Positions 21,344 to 31,694 of a stretch of 51,641 nt of DNA are shown here, one piece after another. The notes beneath the pieces were generated by a model that was not told where the DNA came from, made no database searches, and worked only from the letters and a program-made list of their open reading frames with translations. A program made the translations under genes and the position numbers. Within the stretch, counting starts at the first letter, position 1. Each line of letters starts with the position of its first letter. The stretch lies in sequence record SRR22947727_1404, one strand, 5' to 3'.

Positions 21344-22489
21344 TTACGTGCGCCGCAACAGCAAAGTCAGCGGAATGGCTGTAAGACTGAGGCCCGCAGC
21401 GACGAGGAACGCGATGCGCAACCCATAAAATTCAGACACGAGCCCCATTAGAGATGGCGCCAGAAAGAATCCAGCAAATCCCAGAACAGCCACCCGCGAA
21501 ATCGCCTCCGTGCGCAGATGATCCGGCACCTTTTGCCCAACCAATGCCAAGCCCAAAGGACCAATCACCGAGATGCCGAGGCCTAAAATACCAAATCCGA
21601 CATAGGCCCAAAGCGGCGCTGAGGCCAAAGCCGCCAAAACCCCACCAGCAGCGGCCACGAATGTGGCCAATATGATGACTTTTGTCTCAGAAAAAATTTG
21701 CGACACGGCTTGGCCTGAAAACCGCCCCAGCGCCATGGTCAACCCCAACATCGCCGGCCCCATCGCCCCTTCGGCCGCACGGCCCTGCAGGCTGCGCTCA
21801 ATGTGCAAAGCCGACCAGGTCTCAACGGTGGCTTCGGTCATAAAGGCAACCAAAACAATCAGCCCACAAAGAATAATGGGCTTCAACGGATAGCGGCCAC
21901 CCGCGCTGGCGTCCTTTGTAACCTCCCGCGGGGGCATGTAGAGAAAGACGGAGAGGATCAAAATAATCGCCGCCACAGCCGCGAAGGCCGGTCCCGGCGC
22001 GATCTGCGCCTCGCGGGCCACGCCGCTCACAATCGCAGCACATGCGTAACCCACGGAAAACATGCCGTGGTTTGCATTCATCAACGGCTGACGATGCAGC
22101 TGTTCCAACTCGCTCACCCGCGCATTCATCAACACATCGGTCAGGCCCGAGGCCGCGCCAACAATCACCATTGCCACGCCAAAGCTCACCGCATCAGTGG
22201 CCAAGCCCGGCAAAAGAAAGCTCAAGGCAAATACAACGCTGGCAATCTGCAAGCCGCGTGCACCCAACACACGGTCCAGCCGCGGCGCCAACATCATAGA
22301 GCTGACCAGCCCAAGCGCATTGCACAACAGCAATAGCCCAAAAGTGGCATCGCTAACATCCAAACGTGCTTTGATCTGTGGCACATAGGCCGCAAAACAA
22401 CCCCAAAACAGGCCCACGATCACAAATGCAATCGCAGGACGGCGGGACAAATATAGGGCGTGAAAAACTTGCATAGCTTGCTTTTTCAT
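21344..22489 (-). CDS. MFS transporter
   Basis: About 11-12 TMs, LDRVLGAR loop, DVLMNA and HGMFSVG. Confidence 0.85.
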   Translation of the reverse strand: MKKQAMQVFHALYLSRRPAIAFVIVGLFWGCFAAYVPQIKARLDVSDATFGLLLLCNALGLVSSMMLAPRLDRVLGARGLQIASVVFALSFLLPGLATDAVSFGVAMVIVGAASGLTDVLMNARVSELEQLHRQPLMNANHGMFSVGYACAAIVSGVAREAQIAPGPAFAAVAAIILILSVFLYMPPREVTKDASAGGRYPLKPIILCGLIVLVAFMTEATVETWSALHIERSLQGRAAEGAMGPAMLGLTMALGRFSGQAVSQIFSETKVIILATFVAAAGGVLAALASAPLWAYVGFGILGLGISVIGPLGLALVGQKVPDHLRTEAISRVAVLGFAGFFLAPSLMGLVSEFYGLRIAFLVAAGLSLTAIPLTLLLRRT

Positions 22490-22528
22490 AGCCGCAGGCC
22501 TCTTGCAAGAAACAAAGCAAACAAGGGC

Positions 22529-22557
22529 TTTTCATTTACCTCATATGGCCCTATACG
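22529..22557 (+). promoter_or_regulatory. Candidate sigma70 promoter of rplY
   Basis: TTTTCA-17-TATACG; same CCCTATACG -10 context as the rpsA promoter. Confidence 0.45.
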
Positions 22558-22617
22558 GCGCACTTCAACGGGGCATACACCCTTGGAGGATGCCCCCCCA
22601 TTTTAAGGAATAGACCC

Positions 22618-23253
22618 ATGGCAGGACAGATCCCAGATCTAATCGCTTCGGTACGGACGGGGACAGGCAAGGGGGCCGCTCGTCAATCTCGCCGCGAAGG
22701 CAACGTACCAGGCATCGTTTTCGGTGGTGAGGCAGACCCGCTTCCCATCAATATCTCGTTCAACAAACTGTTTTCCCTATTGAAAGCAGGACGGTTTAAG
22801 TCAACTTTGTTCAACCTCAAAGTTGAAGGTCATGACGACGTACGCGTCATCTGCCGCGATGTGCAACGCCACACCGTGAAAGATTTGCCAACGCATGTCG
22901 ACTTCATGCGCCTGCGCCGGACATCAAAAATCAACCTGTTTATCCCGGTTGAGTTCTTGAACGAAGACACATGCCCAGGCCTGAAAAAAGGTGGCGTGCT
23001 GAGCTTGGTGCGCCCTGAGGTTGAACTGGTGGTGACCGCAGGGGATATCCCTGAGAAGATCACAGTCGATCTGGCCGGTCTCGAAGTGGGTGATGTGATT
23101 ACAATCTCCGCAGTCGAACTGCCCAAAGGCTCCAAAACAACCATCGACCGTGACTTTGTGATCGCAAATATCGCAGCGCCATCGGGTCTGCGCTCAGCGG
23201 ACAATGAAGCTGAGGACGATGCGGAAGAGGTTGACGGCGAAGCCGAGGCATAA
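22618..23253 (+). CDS. rplY: 50S ribosomal protein L25/Ctc
   Basis: [26 protein letters not shown], acidic tail; AAGGA SD. Confidence 0.97.
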   Translation: MAGQIPDLIASVRTGTGKGAARQSRREGNVPGIVFGGEADPLPINISFNKLFSLLKAGRFKSTLFNLKVEGHDDVRVICRDVQRHTVKDLPTHVDFMRLRRTSKINLFIPVEFLNEDTCPGLKKGGVLSLVRPEVELVVTAGDIPEKITVDLAGLEVGDVITISAVELPKGSKTTIDRDFVIANIAAPSGLRSADNEAEDDAEEVDGEAEA

Positions 23254-23285
23254 ACCTCGACCTTCGGGCCACTGTAAGACAAATG

Positions 23286-23313
23286 AAACCCCACCAGAGA
23301 TGGTGGGGTTTTT
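23286..23313 (+). terminator. Terminator after rplY
   Basis: AAACCCCACCA-GAGA-TGGTGGGGTTTTT. Confidence 0.85.
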
Positions 23314-23344
23314 GCATTTACCGCCCCAAATGCGCGCAAATCTC

Positions 23345-23373
23345 TTTCAACCCACCGGTCCGCACGTTAAACT
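23345..23373 (+). promoter_or_regulatory. Candidate promoter for a leaderless pth mRNA
   Basis: TTTCAA-17-TAAACT-6-ATG; no SD. Confidence 0.55.
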
Positions 23374-23379
23374 CATCCC

Positions 23380-24066
23380 ATGAAACTTTTCGTAGGCCTT
23401 GGAAATCCTGGCGCAAAATATGCGCATAATCGGCATAATATCGGCTTTATGGCCCTAGATAGAATCGCCGAAGATCATCAATTCACCCCCTGGCGCTCAA
23501 AGTTTCAGGGGCAAATTTGTGACGGCACATTGGCTGGACACAAGGTCTTGCTGCTCAAACCCACAACCTTCATGAACCTCTCCGGCCAATCGGTGGGTGA
23601 GGCTGTAAGGTTTCACAAGATCCCCCTAGGTCAAGTCACCGTTTTTCACGACGAATTGGATCTCGGCCCTGGGAAATTACGGCTGAAACAGGGCGGCGGT
23701 CATGCGGGGCATAATGGGCTGCGCTCCATCCACGCTCATTTGGGGGCAGACTACGGCCGCGTGCGGCTCGGGATTGGCCATCCGGGCCATAAGGATGCCG
23801 TAGCTGGTTTTGTGCTCCGAGATTTTGCCAAGGTAGATCAAAATTGGCTGGCGGCCCTATTGACCGGACTAAGCAATGGCGCGGTGCATTTGGCCGCAGG
23901 GGATGGGGCAAAATTCATGAATGCTGTGGCCTTGCAAACCGCCCCGCCGCGCTCTTCAAAAACCACCAAAACCGCAGCGCAAAAACCCGTGCAGACCGCA
24001 GCGGCGCCTGACGAAGGCGCGCCTGCGCCCTCTCCTTTGCAAAGGCTCCTCGAGAAATTTAAATGA
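23380..24066 (+). CDS. pth: Peptidyl-tRNA hydrolase
   Basis: GLGNPG..Y..NRHNIGF, FMNLSG, HDELD, GHNGLRS. Confidence 0.98.
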   Translation: MKLFVGLGNPGAKYAHNRHNIGFMALDRIAEDHQFTPWRSKFQGQICDGTLAGHKVLLLKPTTFMNLSGQSVGEAVRFHKIPLGQVTVFHDELDLGPGKLRLKQGGGHAGHNGLRSIHAHLGADYGRVRLGIGHPGHKDAVAGFVLRDFAKVDQNWLAALLTGLSNGAVHLAAGDGAKFMNAVALQTAPPRSSKTTKTAAQKPVQTAAAPDEGAPAPSPLQRLLEKFK

Positions 24067-25085
24067 AACGCCATTTCGAACGTCAAGCGACCTATTGTTC
24101 AGCCTTTGGCGCAGATCTCACAGCCCGACTATTGCGTCAGCTGCCCGATTGCATTTCCCCCAGCAGCGCCCTCGGTCAGCGCATCACAAATTGGCCCGGT
24201 GATCCAGCACCAGAGGCAGACAACCTTCCTCTGAGGCTGGCCGGAGGCCTGCATGCCTTGCTATTATCGGCAAAAGCCCGTGACCTGGCCCCCATCTATC
24301 GCAGCGGCGCAATGGCCGATGCGGAGCTGCCAGCGGTCCTGCGGTCCGTGCTTCAGCGTCACGACGCTGAACTGTCAGCTTTCATTGCAAATGCACCACA
24401 AACCAATGAAGTGCGACGGGCTGCCGGGCTCGTCGCCGCGGCCCATTGGCTCAAAGCCTATACCGGATGTGATCTCATCGCCTCTGAACTGGGCGCCAGC
24501 GCCGGTCTCAATCTCGTATTTGATCGATTCCACCTGGCTGTAGGACAGGGCTATGGGCCACCCGATAGCCCAGTACAGCTCACGCCAAAATGGCAAGGGT
24601 CGCTGCCGCCAGCGGCCCCCTATCTCCTGCGCGATGCTCAGGGCTGTGATCTCGCCCCTCTGGATCTGCGACAGAAGCAAGACCTTCTGCGACTGCACGC
24701 CTATATATGGGCCGATCAACCCGAAAGGCGCGCCCGCACCGATGCGGCCATCTCTCTCAATCCACCGCTGCCGAAAAAATCCAGCGCCATTGAGTTTTTG
24801 CGCCAACGCCTCGCCGCCCCTTGGTCCCGCTGCCATTTGATCTATTCAACGGTCGCTTGGCAGTATTTCTCAAAAGAAGAAAAGAGCCAAATTACAGAGT
24901 TGATAACAACACGCGGCGCAGAGTCACAGGCACCCCTCGCGTGGCTACGGATCGAGGCAGACGGGAAATCGCCCGGCGCCGGCATGCGGTTGGACTTGTG
25001 GCCTGAGCAAAAGCGGATAGAGTTGGGGCGAATGGATTTTCATGGCCGTTGGATCACTTGGACGGCTCCAAAGCCGAGGGAATAA
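24063..25085 (+). CDS. DUF2332 family protein
   Basis: [39 protein letters not shown] overlap with pth. Confidence 0.85.
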   Translation: MKRHFERQATYCSAFGADLTARLLRQLPDCISPSSALGQRITNWPGDPAPEADNLPLRLAGGLHALLLSAKARDLAPIYRSGAMADAELPAVLRSVLQRHDAELSAFIANAPQTNEVRRAAGLVAAAHWLKAYTGCDLIASELGASAGLNLVFDRFHLAVGQGYGPPDSPVQLTPKWQGSLPPAAPYLLRDAQGCDLAPLDLRQKQDLLRLHAYIWADQPERRARTDAAISLNPPLPKKSSAIEFLRQRLAAPWSRCHLIYSTVAWQYFSKEEKSQITELITTRGAESQAPLAWLRIEADGKSPGAGMRLDLWPEQKRIELGRMDFHGRWITWTAPKPRE

Positions 25086-25086
25086 C

Positions 25087-25458
25087 ATGCAAAAAGACAT
25101 CGAAATCAATGTCGTTGGCCTGCCCCTCGCGCCTTGCTCTCAGGAGCCTTTGACGGGTTTTTTCCGCGATGGCTCCTGCAACACCTGCGCCCAAGATACC
25201 GGCAGTCACACGGTCTGCGCGGTGATGACCGCTGAATTTCTCGCGTTTTCAAAATACCTCGGCAATGACCTCAGCACCCCGCGGCCAGAGTTTGGCTTTG
25301 CGGGGCTCAAGGCCGGGGATCGCTGGTGTCTGTGCGCCGGACGGTTTTTGCAGGCCCACGAAGAGGGCTGCGCGCCTCAGGTGCAACTCACATCGACCCA
25401 TCAAAAGGCTTTGGACATTGTTCCGATTGAAATTCTGCGGCTCTATGCAACGCCCTGA
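25087..25458 (+). CDS. DUF2237 family protein
   Basis: PLTGFFRDGSC, HTVCA, GNDLSTP, GDRWCLCA; GAGG SD. Confidence 0.9.
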   Translation: MQKDIEINVVGLPLAPCSQEPLTGFFRDGSCNTCAQDTGSHTVCAVMTAEFLAFSKYLGNDLSTPRPEFGFAGLKAGDRWCLCAGRFLQAHEEGCAPQVQLTSTHQKALDIVPIEILRLYATP

Positions 25459-25483
25459 TCGAGGCCGTGATGAGACCCCGGGG

Positions 25484-26716
25484 TTAGGCCCCCGTGTTCA
25501 TCTCAATTCCCAAAGCGGCTGCAACGGTGAAGATATCCTTGTCACCACGTCCGCACATATTCATGCAAATCAAGTGATCGGCGGGCAATTCAGGCGCGAT
25601 TTTCATCACATGGGCCAAAGCATGGCTCGGCTCTAGAGCCGGAATAATGCCTTCAAGTTCACAGCACAGCTGAAAGGCTTCCAGCGCTTCCACATCGGTT
25701 ATCGAGACATATTGCGCCCGGCCAATGTCGTGCAGCCACGCATGTTCTGGGCCAATACCAGGGTAATCGAGCCCGGCGGAAATTGAGAAGCCTTCGAGAA
25801 TTTGCCCATCATCGTCCTGCAGTAGGTACGTGCGATTGCCATGCAGCACACCCGGACGCCCACCGGTGAGAGAGGCGCAATGCTCCATCTTGGCATTCAC
25901 GCCTTTGCCTCCGGCCTCGACACCTATAATTCCCACGTCTTTGTCATCGAGGAAGGGAAAGAATAGACCCATAGCATTCGAGCCGCCGCCTATGGCCGCA
26001 ATCAATGTGTCGGGCAGACGCCCTTCCTTTTCCAGCATCTGCGCGCGCGCTTCCTTGCCGATGATGGCTTGAAAGTCCCGTACCATCGCCGGATAAGGAT
26101 GAGGGCCCGCGACTGTGCCGATGCAGTAGAATGTATCCTCCACATTGGTCACCCAATCGCGCAATGCGTCATTCATTGCGTCTTTTAATGTCCCGCGACC
26201 TGAGGTGACTGGCACAACCTCTGCACCCAGAAGCTTCATGCGAAACACATTCGGCGCTTGGCGCTCAACATCATGCGCGCCCATATAAACCACGCATTTC
26301 AAACCAAATTTCGCACAGACAGTCGCGGTGGCCACCCCATGTTGACCGGCGCCGGTTTCGGCAATGATCCGGTTTTTTCCCATGCGGCGGGCCAAGATAA
26401 TTTGACCCAAGACATTGTTAATTTTATGCGCGCCTGTGTGGTTGAGCTCGTCACGCTTGAGATAGACTTTCGCGCCGCCCAAATGCTCGGTCAAACGCTC
26501 GGCATAATACAATGGGCTCGGACGTCCGACGTAATTGGTCCAAAGATCATTCATCTCTGCCCAAAAGCTGTCATCGGTCTTGGCATATTCATATTGCGCT
26601 TCAAGATCCAAGATCAGCGGCATCAGGGTTTCTGAGACAAACCGCCCGCCAAAATCGCCAAAACGACCCTGTTCATCCGGTCCTGTGGTAAAGCTGTTGA
26701 GCAGATCGTCGGCCAT
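25484..26716 (-). CDS. trpB: Tryptophan synthase beta chain
   Basis: HTGAHKIN (PLP Lys), [23 protein letters not shown]; start at ATG 26716 with GGGAG. Confidence 0.98.
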   Translation of the reverse strand: MADDLLNSFTTGPDEQGRFGDFGGRFVSETLMPLILDLEAQYEYAKTDDSFWAEMNDLWTNYVGRPSPLYYAERLTEHLGGAKVYLKRDELNHTGAHKINNVLGQIILARRMGKNRIIAETGAGQHGVATATVCAKFGLKCVVYMGAHDVERQAPNVFRMKLLGAEVVPVTSGRGTLKDAMNDALRDWVTNVEDTFYCIGTVAGPHPYPAMVRDFQAIIGKEARAQMLEKEGRLPDTLIAAIGGGSNAMGLFFPFLDDKDVGIIGVEAGGKGVNAKMEHCASLTGGRPGVLHGNRTYLLQDDDGQILEGFSISAGLDYPGIGPEHAWLHDIGRAQYVSITDVEALEAFQLCCELEGIIPALEPSHALAHVMKIAPELPADHLICMNMCGRGDKDIFTVAAALGIEMNTGA

Positions 26717-26798
26717 TGTTTTCTCCCTTACGCATCTGCGCATAGAGGTAGCGCCCTGCCCCTCCAAGGTAAAGACCTGGTCGCAATTTTCCGGTGCT

Positions 26799-27437
26799 TT
26801 AGCTGTTGGCTTCAGTGACAAATTTTGCCATCAACGCGGCGCTCTTCTGGCCGGGCGCCGTTTCAATGCCGGAACTGACATCAACCTGCTGCGCGCCGGA
26901 GCAGCGCACCGCCTCGGCCACATTGTCAGGCGTAAGACCACCGGCCAGCATCCATGGCACGGACCAGCTTTCGCCCTCAAGCAGGCGCCAGTCGAAAGAT
27001 AGACCATTGCCCCCCGGCAAGGTCTCACCCTCGGCCGGTTTGGCATCCAAAAGCAATTGATCGGCCACCCCCGAATAGAGCTGCGCATGGGCGACATCGG
27101 CGCGCGATGCTATTCCCAGGGCCTTCATCACCGGCAAACCATAGCGCGCTTTCACCGCCGCCACGCGGTCCGGAGTTTCAGAGCCGTGAAGTTGCAGCAT
27201 GTCGAGCGGAACAGAGGCGGTGATGCGATCAAGGGTCGCATCATCGGCATTCACCACCAAGGCGACTTTGGCCAGGCCTATGGGCGCATGCAAAGCCATG
27301 CTGCGCGCCGTCTCAATTGAAACATTACGAGGCGATTTATCGAAAAAAACCAAGCCTATATAGGCCGCCCCTGCGGTTGCAGCGGCATCTATATCGCCCT
27401 GTGTGGTCAAGCCGCAAAGCTTGACGCGCACCTTCAT
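26799..27437 (-). CDS. trpF: Phosphoribosylanthranilate isomerase
   Basis: VKLCGL, QLHGSE, LAGGL, VDVSSG. Confidence 0.97.
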   Translation of the reverse strand: MKVRVKLCGLTTQGDIDAAATAGAAYIGLVFFDKSPRNVSIETARSMALHAPIGLAKVALVVNADDATLDRITASVPLDMLQLHGSETPDRVAAVKARYGLPVMKALGIASRADVAHAQLYSGVADQLLLDAKPAEGETLPGGNGLSFDWRLLEGESWSVPWMLAGGLTPDNVAEAVRCSGAQQVDVSSGIETAPGQKSAALMAKFVTEANS

Positions 27438-27787
27438 GACACCTCGTCCAAAAGCGCCAGGATTTCATCTTTGTCTGTATCGGTAGACGTCGCTTTCAAT
27501 TTGCTCACCTCACGCTCTAAGCGCACGACCTGCATATGTTCGCTTCGTGCGGCGCTGCGGTGTTTCATCTCCCGCAGCCACTCCCAAACGAAGCCAATCA
27601 GTAGGCCCAAGGTCACGCCAAGGAAAATCACCACGAAGAGCGGGACTTGCATTTGCACGTTCAAACCGACCAGCGCGCCAAGCGCTTCTGGCAAGAGCGA
27701 CAGGGTCACAGCCCCGCGGTTGGCCAGGGCCACGACAATCAAGCTGATCGCAATAAAGCCCAAAACCATGTACCGCAGATAGCGCAT
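27434..27787 (-). CDS. LapA/DUF1049 family membrane protein
   Basis: Two TMs, [14 protein letters not shown], coiled-coil tail; typical position after ihfB. Confidence 0.8.
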   Translation of the reverse strand: MRYLRYMVLGFIAISLIVVALANRGAVTLSLLPEALGALVGLNVQMQVPLFVVIFLGVTLGLLIGFVWEWLREMKHRSAARSEHMQVVRLEREVSKLKATSTDTDKDEILALLDEVS

Positions 27788-27788
27788 T

Positions 27789-28070
27789 TTACTTCCCGTT
27801 TAGACGGTCTCTCAAAAGCTTGCCTGTTTTGAAGAAAGGAACATGCTTTTCTTCAACAGCAACAGACTCGCCGGTCCGTGGGTTGCGGCCAATACGCGGA
27901 TCGCGCTTTTTCACGGAAAAGGCCCCAAAGCCACGCAGCTCAACGCGATCGCCTTCTGCCATCGTGTTTATAATTTCTTCAAAGATAATGCTCACGATTT
28001 TATCAACATCACGCTGATGAAGATGTGGATTTTCATCCACCAATTTTTGAACCAATTCTGAACGAATCAT
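27789..28070 (-). CDS. ihfB: Integration host factor subunit beta
   Basis: [32 protein letters not shown]; start at ATG 28070. Confidence 0.97.
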   Translation of the reverse strand: MIRSELVQKLVDENPHLHQRDVDKIVSIIFEEIINTMAEGDRVELRGFGAFSVKKRDPRIGRNPRTGESVAVEEKHVPFFKTGKLLRDRLNGK

Positions 28071-28257
28071 AGTATCCCCCTCGAAACTGTAAAAGTCATG
28101 AGCCACCCAAGCCCTAGTGGTAGGCTACAGGAAAACCAACCCGAATGTGAACCTATTGTTTTGTCCATAAGTGAAAAAAACTGAAAATTTAGCATTTCAG
28201 GTGTGAAATTATTAAAAATATCATCTTTTCGGTAATTTTGGATCTCTTTTTAATGCA

Positions 28258-28270
28258 AATCAAGACCTTG
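28258..28270 (+). promoter_or_regulatory. IHF binding consensus upstream of ihfB
   Basis: AATCAA-GACC-TTG is an exact WATCAANNNNTTR match in AT-rich DNA. Confidence 0.55.
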
Positions 28271-28275
28271 AGGCC

Positions 28276-28304
28276 AAAAAAAATCCCGCCGAAGCGGGAT
28301 TTTT
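28276..28304 (-). terminator. Terminator after rpsA
   Basis: AAAAATCCCGC-TTCG-GCGGGA followed by T8; cUUCGg loop. Confidence 0.9.
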
Positions 28305-28331
28305 CAGATTTTTTTTCAATAACCGTTTCGG

Positions 28332-30008
28332 TTATTCGTCAGATTTAAGCGCGGCGCCCAAGATATCGCCCAAAGACGCACCTGAGTCGGATGACCCATA
28401 TTGCTCAACGGCTTCTTTCTCTTCCGCAATCTCACGCGCTTTGATGGACAGGCCAAGACGACGTGTTTTCGCATCGATATTTGTGACGCGAACGTCCACT
28501 TTGTCACCCATGCCAAAACGATCTGGACGCTGCTCAGCACGATCGCGTGACAGGTCAGACCGACGAATGAAGGACTTCATGCCCTCATATTCGACTTCAA
28601 TGCCACCGTCTTCGATCGCTGTGACTTCAACAGTGATGATCGAGCCGCGTTTCACGCCGCCGACCGCATCTGCGAATTTGTCGCCACCCAGGGCTTTAAC
28701 AGACAGGCTGATGCGCTCTTTTTCGACGTCCACTTCAGAGACAACGGCCTGAACCATGTCACCTTTGCGATAATCGCCAATCACATCTTCGCCGCGGCCT
28801 TCCCATGTCAGATCCGACAGGTGAACCATGCCATCGATGTCGCCTTCAAGACCGATGAACAACCCAAATTCAGTGATGTTTTTGACTTCACCTTCCACTT
28901 GGCTGCCTTCAGGATGCTGCTCTGCAAAGACTTCCCACGGGTTGCGCTGTGTTTGCTTCAGACCCAAGGACACGCGACGCTTCACGCCATCAATTTCCAG
29001 AACCATCACATCAACTTCTTGCGATGTTGATACAATTTTACCCGGATGTACGTTTTTCTTGGTCCAAGACATCTCAGACACGTGCACCAAACCTTCAACG
29101 CCCGCTTCCAGCTCCACAAAGGCACCGTAATCGGTGATATTGGTCACGCGGCCTTTGTGCTGTGACTCCAGCGGGTATTTAACGCTAACGATATCCCATG
29201 GATCATCCATCAACTGTTTCATGCCCAGGCTGATGCGATGGGTTTCTTTGTTGATTTTGACAACTTGGACTTTCACAGTCTCACCAATTGTCAGGATTTC
29301 TGATGGGTGGTTGACGCGGCGCCAGGCCATATCGGTGACGTGCAACAGACCGTCAACACCGCCAAGATCCACAAAGGCACCGTATTCTGTGATATTTTTC
29401 ACCACACCGTCGACACTGTCACCTTCGGCCAGTTTGCCGATCACTTCAGCGCGCTGTTCGGCACGTGATTCTTCCAAGATCGCACGGCGCGACACAACGA
29501 TATTGCCCCGGCGACGGTCCATTTTCAAAATCTGGAACGGCTGTTTCAGACCCATCAATGGGCCCGCATCCCGCACAGGGCGCACGTCAACTTGGCTGCC
29601 TGGCAAGAAGGCCACAGCGCCACCAAGATCAACAGTGAAACCACCTTTGACACGGCCAAAGATTGCGCCATCAACACGCTCTTCGTCTGCATAGGCTTTT
29701 TCAAGACGATCCCAGGCTTCCTCACGACGGGCCATTTCACGGCTGATGACAGCCTCGCCCTTGGCGTTTTCTGCGGCACGCAAGAAAACTTCGACCGTAT
29801 CCCCAACAGAGATGACGGGAGCTTCGCCGGGATCTGCAAATTCTTTAATATCTACGCGGCCTTCCATTTTGTAGCCGACGTCGATGATGGCTTGTCCCGC
29901 TTCGATTGCGATGACTTTGCCTTTGACCACTGTGCCCTCTTCGGGTGTGTCAACCTCGAAGCTTTCTTGCAAAAGGGCTTCGAATTCTTCCATTGTTACG
30001 CTTGCCAT
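28332..30008 (-). CDS. rpsA: 30S ribosomal protein S1
   Basis: Repeated S1 domains (KNITEYGAFVDLGGVDGLLHV, RISLGMKQ), ASLGDIL tail. Confidence 0.98.
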   Translation of the reverse strand: MASVTMEEFEALLQESFEVDTPEEGTVVKGKVIAIEAGQAIIDVGYKMEGRVDIKEFADPGEAPVISVGDTVEVFLRAAENAKGEAVISREMARREEAWDRLEKAYADEERVDGAIFGRVKGGFTVDLGGAVAFLPGSQVDVRPVRDAGPLMGLKQPFQILKMDRRRGNIVVSRRAILEESRAEQRAEVIGKLAEGDSVDGVVKNITEYGAFVDLGGVDGLLHVTDMAWRRVNHPSEILTIGETVKVQVVKINKETHRISLGMKQLMDDPWDIVSVKYPLESQHKGRVTNITDYGAFVELEAGVEGLVHVSEMSWTKKNVHPGKIVSTSQEVDVMVLEIDGVKRRVSLGLKQTQRNPWEVFAEQHPEGSQVEGEVKNITEFGLFIGLEGDIDGMVHLSDLTWEGRGEDVIGDYRKGDMVQAVVSEVDVEKERISLSVKALGGDKFADAVGGVKRGSIITVEVTAIEDGGIEVEYEGMKSFIRRSDLSRDRAEQRPDRFGMGDKVDVRVTNIDAKTRRLGLSIKAREIAEEKEAVEQYGSSDSGASLGDILGAALKSDE

Positions 30009-30182
30009 GTGGCGTTAATTCCTTACGTTTATGTTTCTGGCCGTGCGGTTGTCTCCGCCGGTCTTGAGTTGCATTGGTCCTATTGAGCAAAGCGGATTGA
30101 GAACACCAAGAAGGGCCGGTGATAGCCGACCCTGCTGCGATACTCATAATCCACGACTGTTGCCGCCGTTTGGACAGGGCCG

Positions 30183-30211
30183 CGTATAGGGGCAAAATTC
30201 CAATCTTGCAA
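30183..30211 (-). promoter_or_regulatory. Candidate sigma70 promoter of rpsA
   Basis: TTGCAA-17-TATACG followed by a GC-rich discriminator. Confidence 0.6.
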
Positions 30212-30252
30212 GGGCCGATCACCGATGCAATGCTCTCCAAAAGGAGCGCCCT

Positions 30253-30582
30253 ATGCCACATGCCGACCTCAAGTATTCTCCAGATCTTTCATTCGACCCG
30301 CAAGCCATGTTCACGGCCATTGAACAGACCATTCTAGCCCATGATTCCGGTTCCGGCGATTGCAAATGCCGCAGCTATCCGGCCGAGGCCAGCAATCACA
30401 CCCATCTGCTGATTGAGATCTCAATGCTGACCAAGCCGCATCGAGATGAGGCGTTTACGCGTACCCTGCGTGATGCAATCGCAGCCGCGGTCAAACACCA
30501 CTTGACCCAAAGCTGCTATATCTCACTGGCCATCACATATTCCGATGCCATGTACCTAACCGACCGGCACGACGTGGGGTAA
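30253..30582 (+). CDS. Tautomerase superfamily protein (5-carboxymethyl-2-hydroxymuconate isomerase-like)
   Basis: N-terminal (M)PH giving Pro1, 109 aa, KCR and HR arginines; AAGGAG SD. Confidence 0.7.
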   Translation: MPHADLKYSPDLSFDPQAMFTAIEQTILAHDSGSGDCKCRSYPAEASNHTHLLIEISMLTKPHRDEAFTRTLRDAIAAAVKHHLTQSCYISLAITYSDAMYLTDRHDVG

Positions 30583-30593
30583 CGCGATGTCGT

Positions 30594-31616
30594 CTATTGG
30601 CGCGGACAGTTTGCGGGTGTGATGATTTGTACGTCGGCCGGGCCATCCGCCAAAACCGGTGGGCGCAGCTTGTGATAGGCGGTGATATGTTGGAACGCCT
30701 GGTCAAGATCTGCGCGAAGATCGTGATGCAGGACGAATGCCAACCGGCCCTGGCGCAGCAAACTGCGGTTCTCGCGGTCCAAATCATGGGCAATAAACAA
30801 ATCCGGTTCGAGCTGCACCTGTGCCAGCGTGGATAAAATGGCCGCATTGGCCCCGCCCATCGAATAGACACCGAGGAGGCGATCCAATCCACGCACCGCT
30901 TGGCGGATCTGCGCCGCTGTTCCAAGCGCCAGCCCTGCCCCGCCGCTTGCCTCGCGCAGGCTCACCTGCGGGCACAAACGCGCCATTTCAGCCGCAAAGG
31001 CATGCGCCCGCGCCTCTTCGCCTTGAAACTGCCGGCGCGATGTTGTGGTCAATACTGCGCCGCTGCGACCTTGCAGCCATTGGGCAAAGAGATAGGCTGC
31101 GGTGCGTCCCGCATTTGCATTGTTCAACCCGACATAGGCCAAACGCGCACAGTCCGGGCAATCGGTGAAGACTGTCACCACGGGGATTTTTAGATCGATC
31201 AGCCGGTCAATCTCAGCGCGAATTGGCGCGACATTCTGTGCCTTGAGCACAATGCCCTGACTGCCCCGCTTGGCAATCTTGGACAGGGTCGCCACGGTTT
31301 TGGCCGGCCCGCTATCCTCTGCAAAATGAAACCTTGGCCGAACGACCGCGGGCGCGAATTTCGGCAATACTTGAGTTGCAGCCCGGCGCAGCTCATCGGA
31401 AAACCTCCGGGGTGCTTCGACCACGATATCTATGAACATCCGCCGCCCCCGCGCGGCCAATTGCCCCTCTTGCCCTGTCAACTCCACAATCGCCGCCTGC
31501 ACACGCCGGGCAGTCTGCGCACTGACATGGGCACGCCCATGCAAGGCGCGATCGACCGTGGCCAAACTCAGGCCCGATTGCAGCGCAATCTCTTTGAGGG
31601 CAAAAGGATGTTTCAT
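30594..31616 (-). CDS. LacI family transcriptional regulator
   Basis: HTH LKEIALQSGLSLATVDRALHGRAHVS plus a PBP-like domain (YVGLNNANAGRTAA); real start at ATG 31616. Confidence 0.92.
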   Translation of the reverse strand: MKHPFALKEIALQSGLSLATVDRALHGRAHVSAQTARRVQAAIVELTGQEGQLAARGRRMFIDIVVEAPRRFSDELRRAATQVLPKFAPAVVRPRFHFAEDSGPAKTVATLSKIAKRGSQGIVLKAQNVAPIRAEIDRLIDLKIPVVTVFTDCPDCARLAYVGLNNANAGRTAAYLFAQWLQGRSGAVLTTTSRRQFQGEEARAHAFAAEMARLCPQVSLREASGGAGLALGTAAQIRQAVRGLDRLLGVYSMGGANAAILSTLAQVQLEPDLFIAHDLDRENRSLLRQGRLAFVLHHDLRADLDQAFQHITAYHKLRPPVLADGPADVQIITPANCPRQ

Positions 31617-31684
31617 TGAGGCGTTTTTGAGGTATTTTGAGGAGTTTCTCAAGCCATTTCCGGCTATGCTCCGTGCAACCTCAA
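31594..31684. repeat. Phased TTGAGG repeats in the LacI/PhyH divergent promoter
   Basis: TTGAGG at 31594, 31616, 31627 and 31637; inverted copies CTCAA at 31648 and CCTCAA at 31679. Confidence 0.65.
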
Positions 31685-31694
31685 ACAGGAGCGC

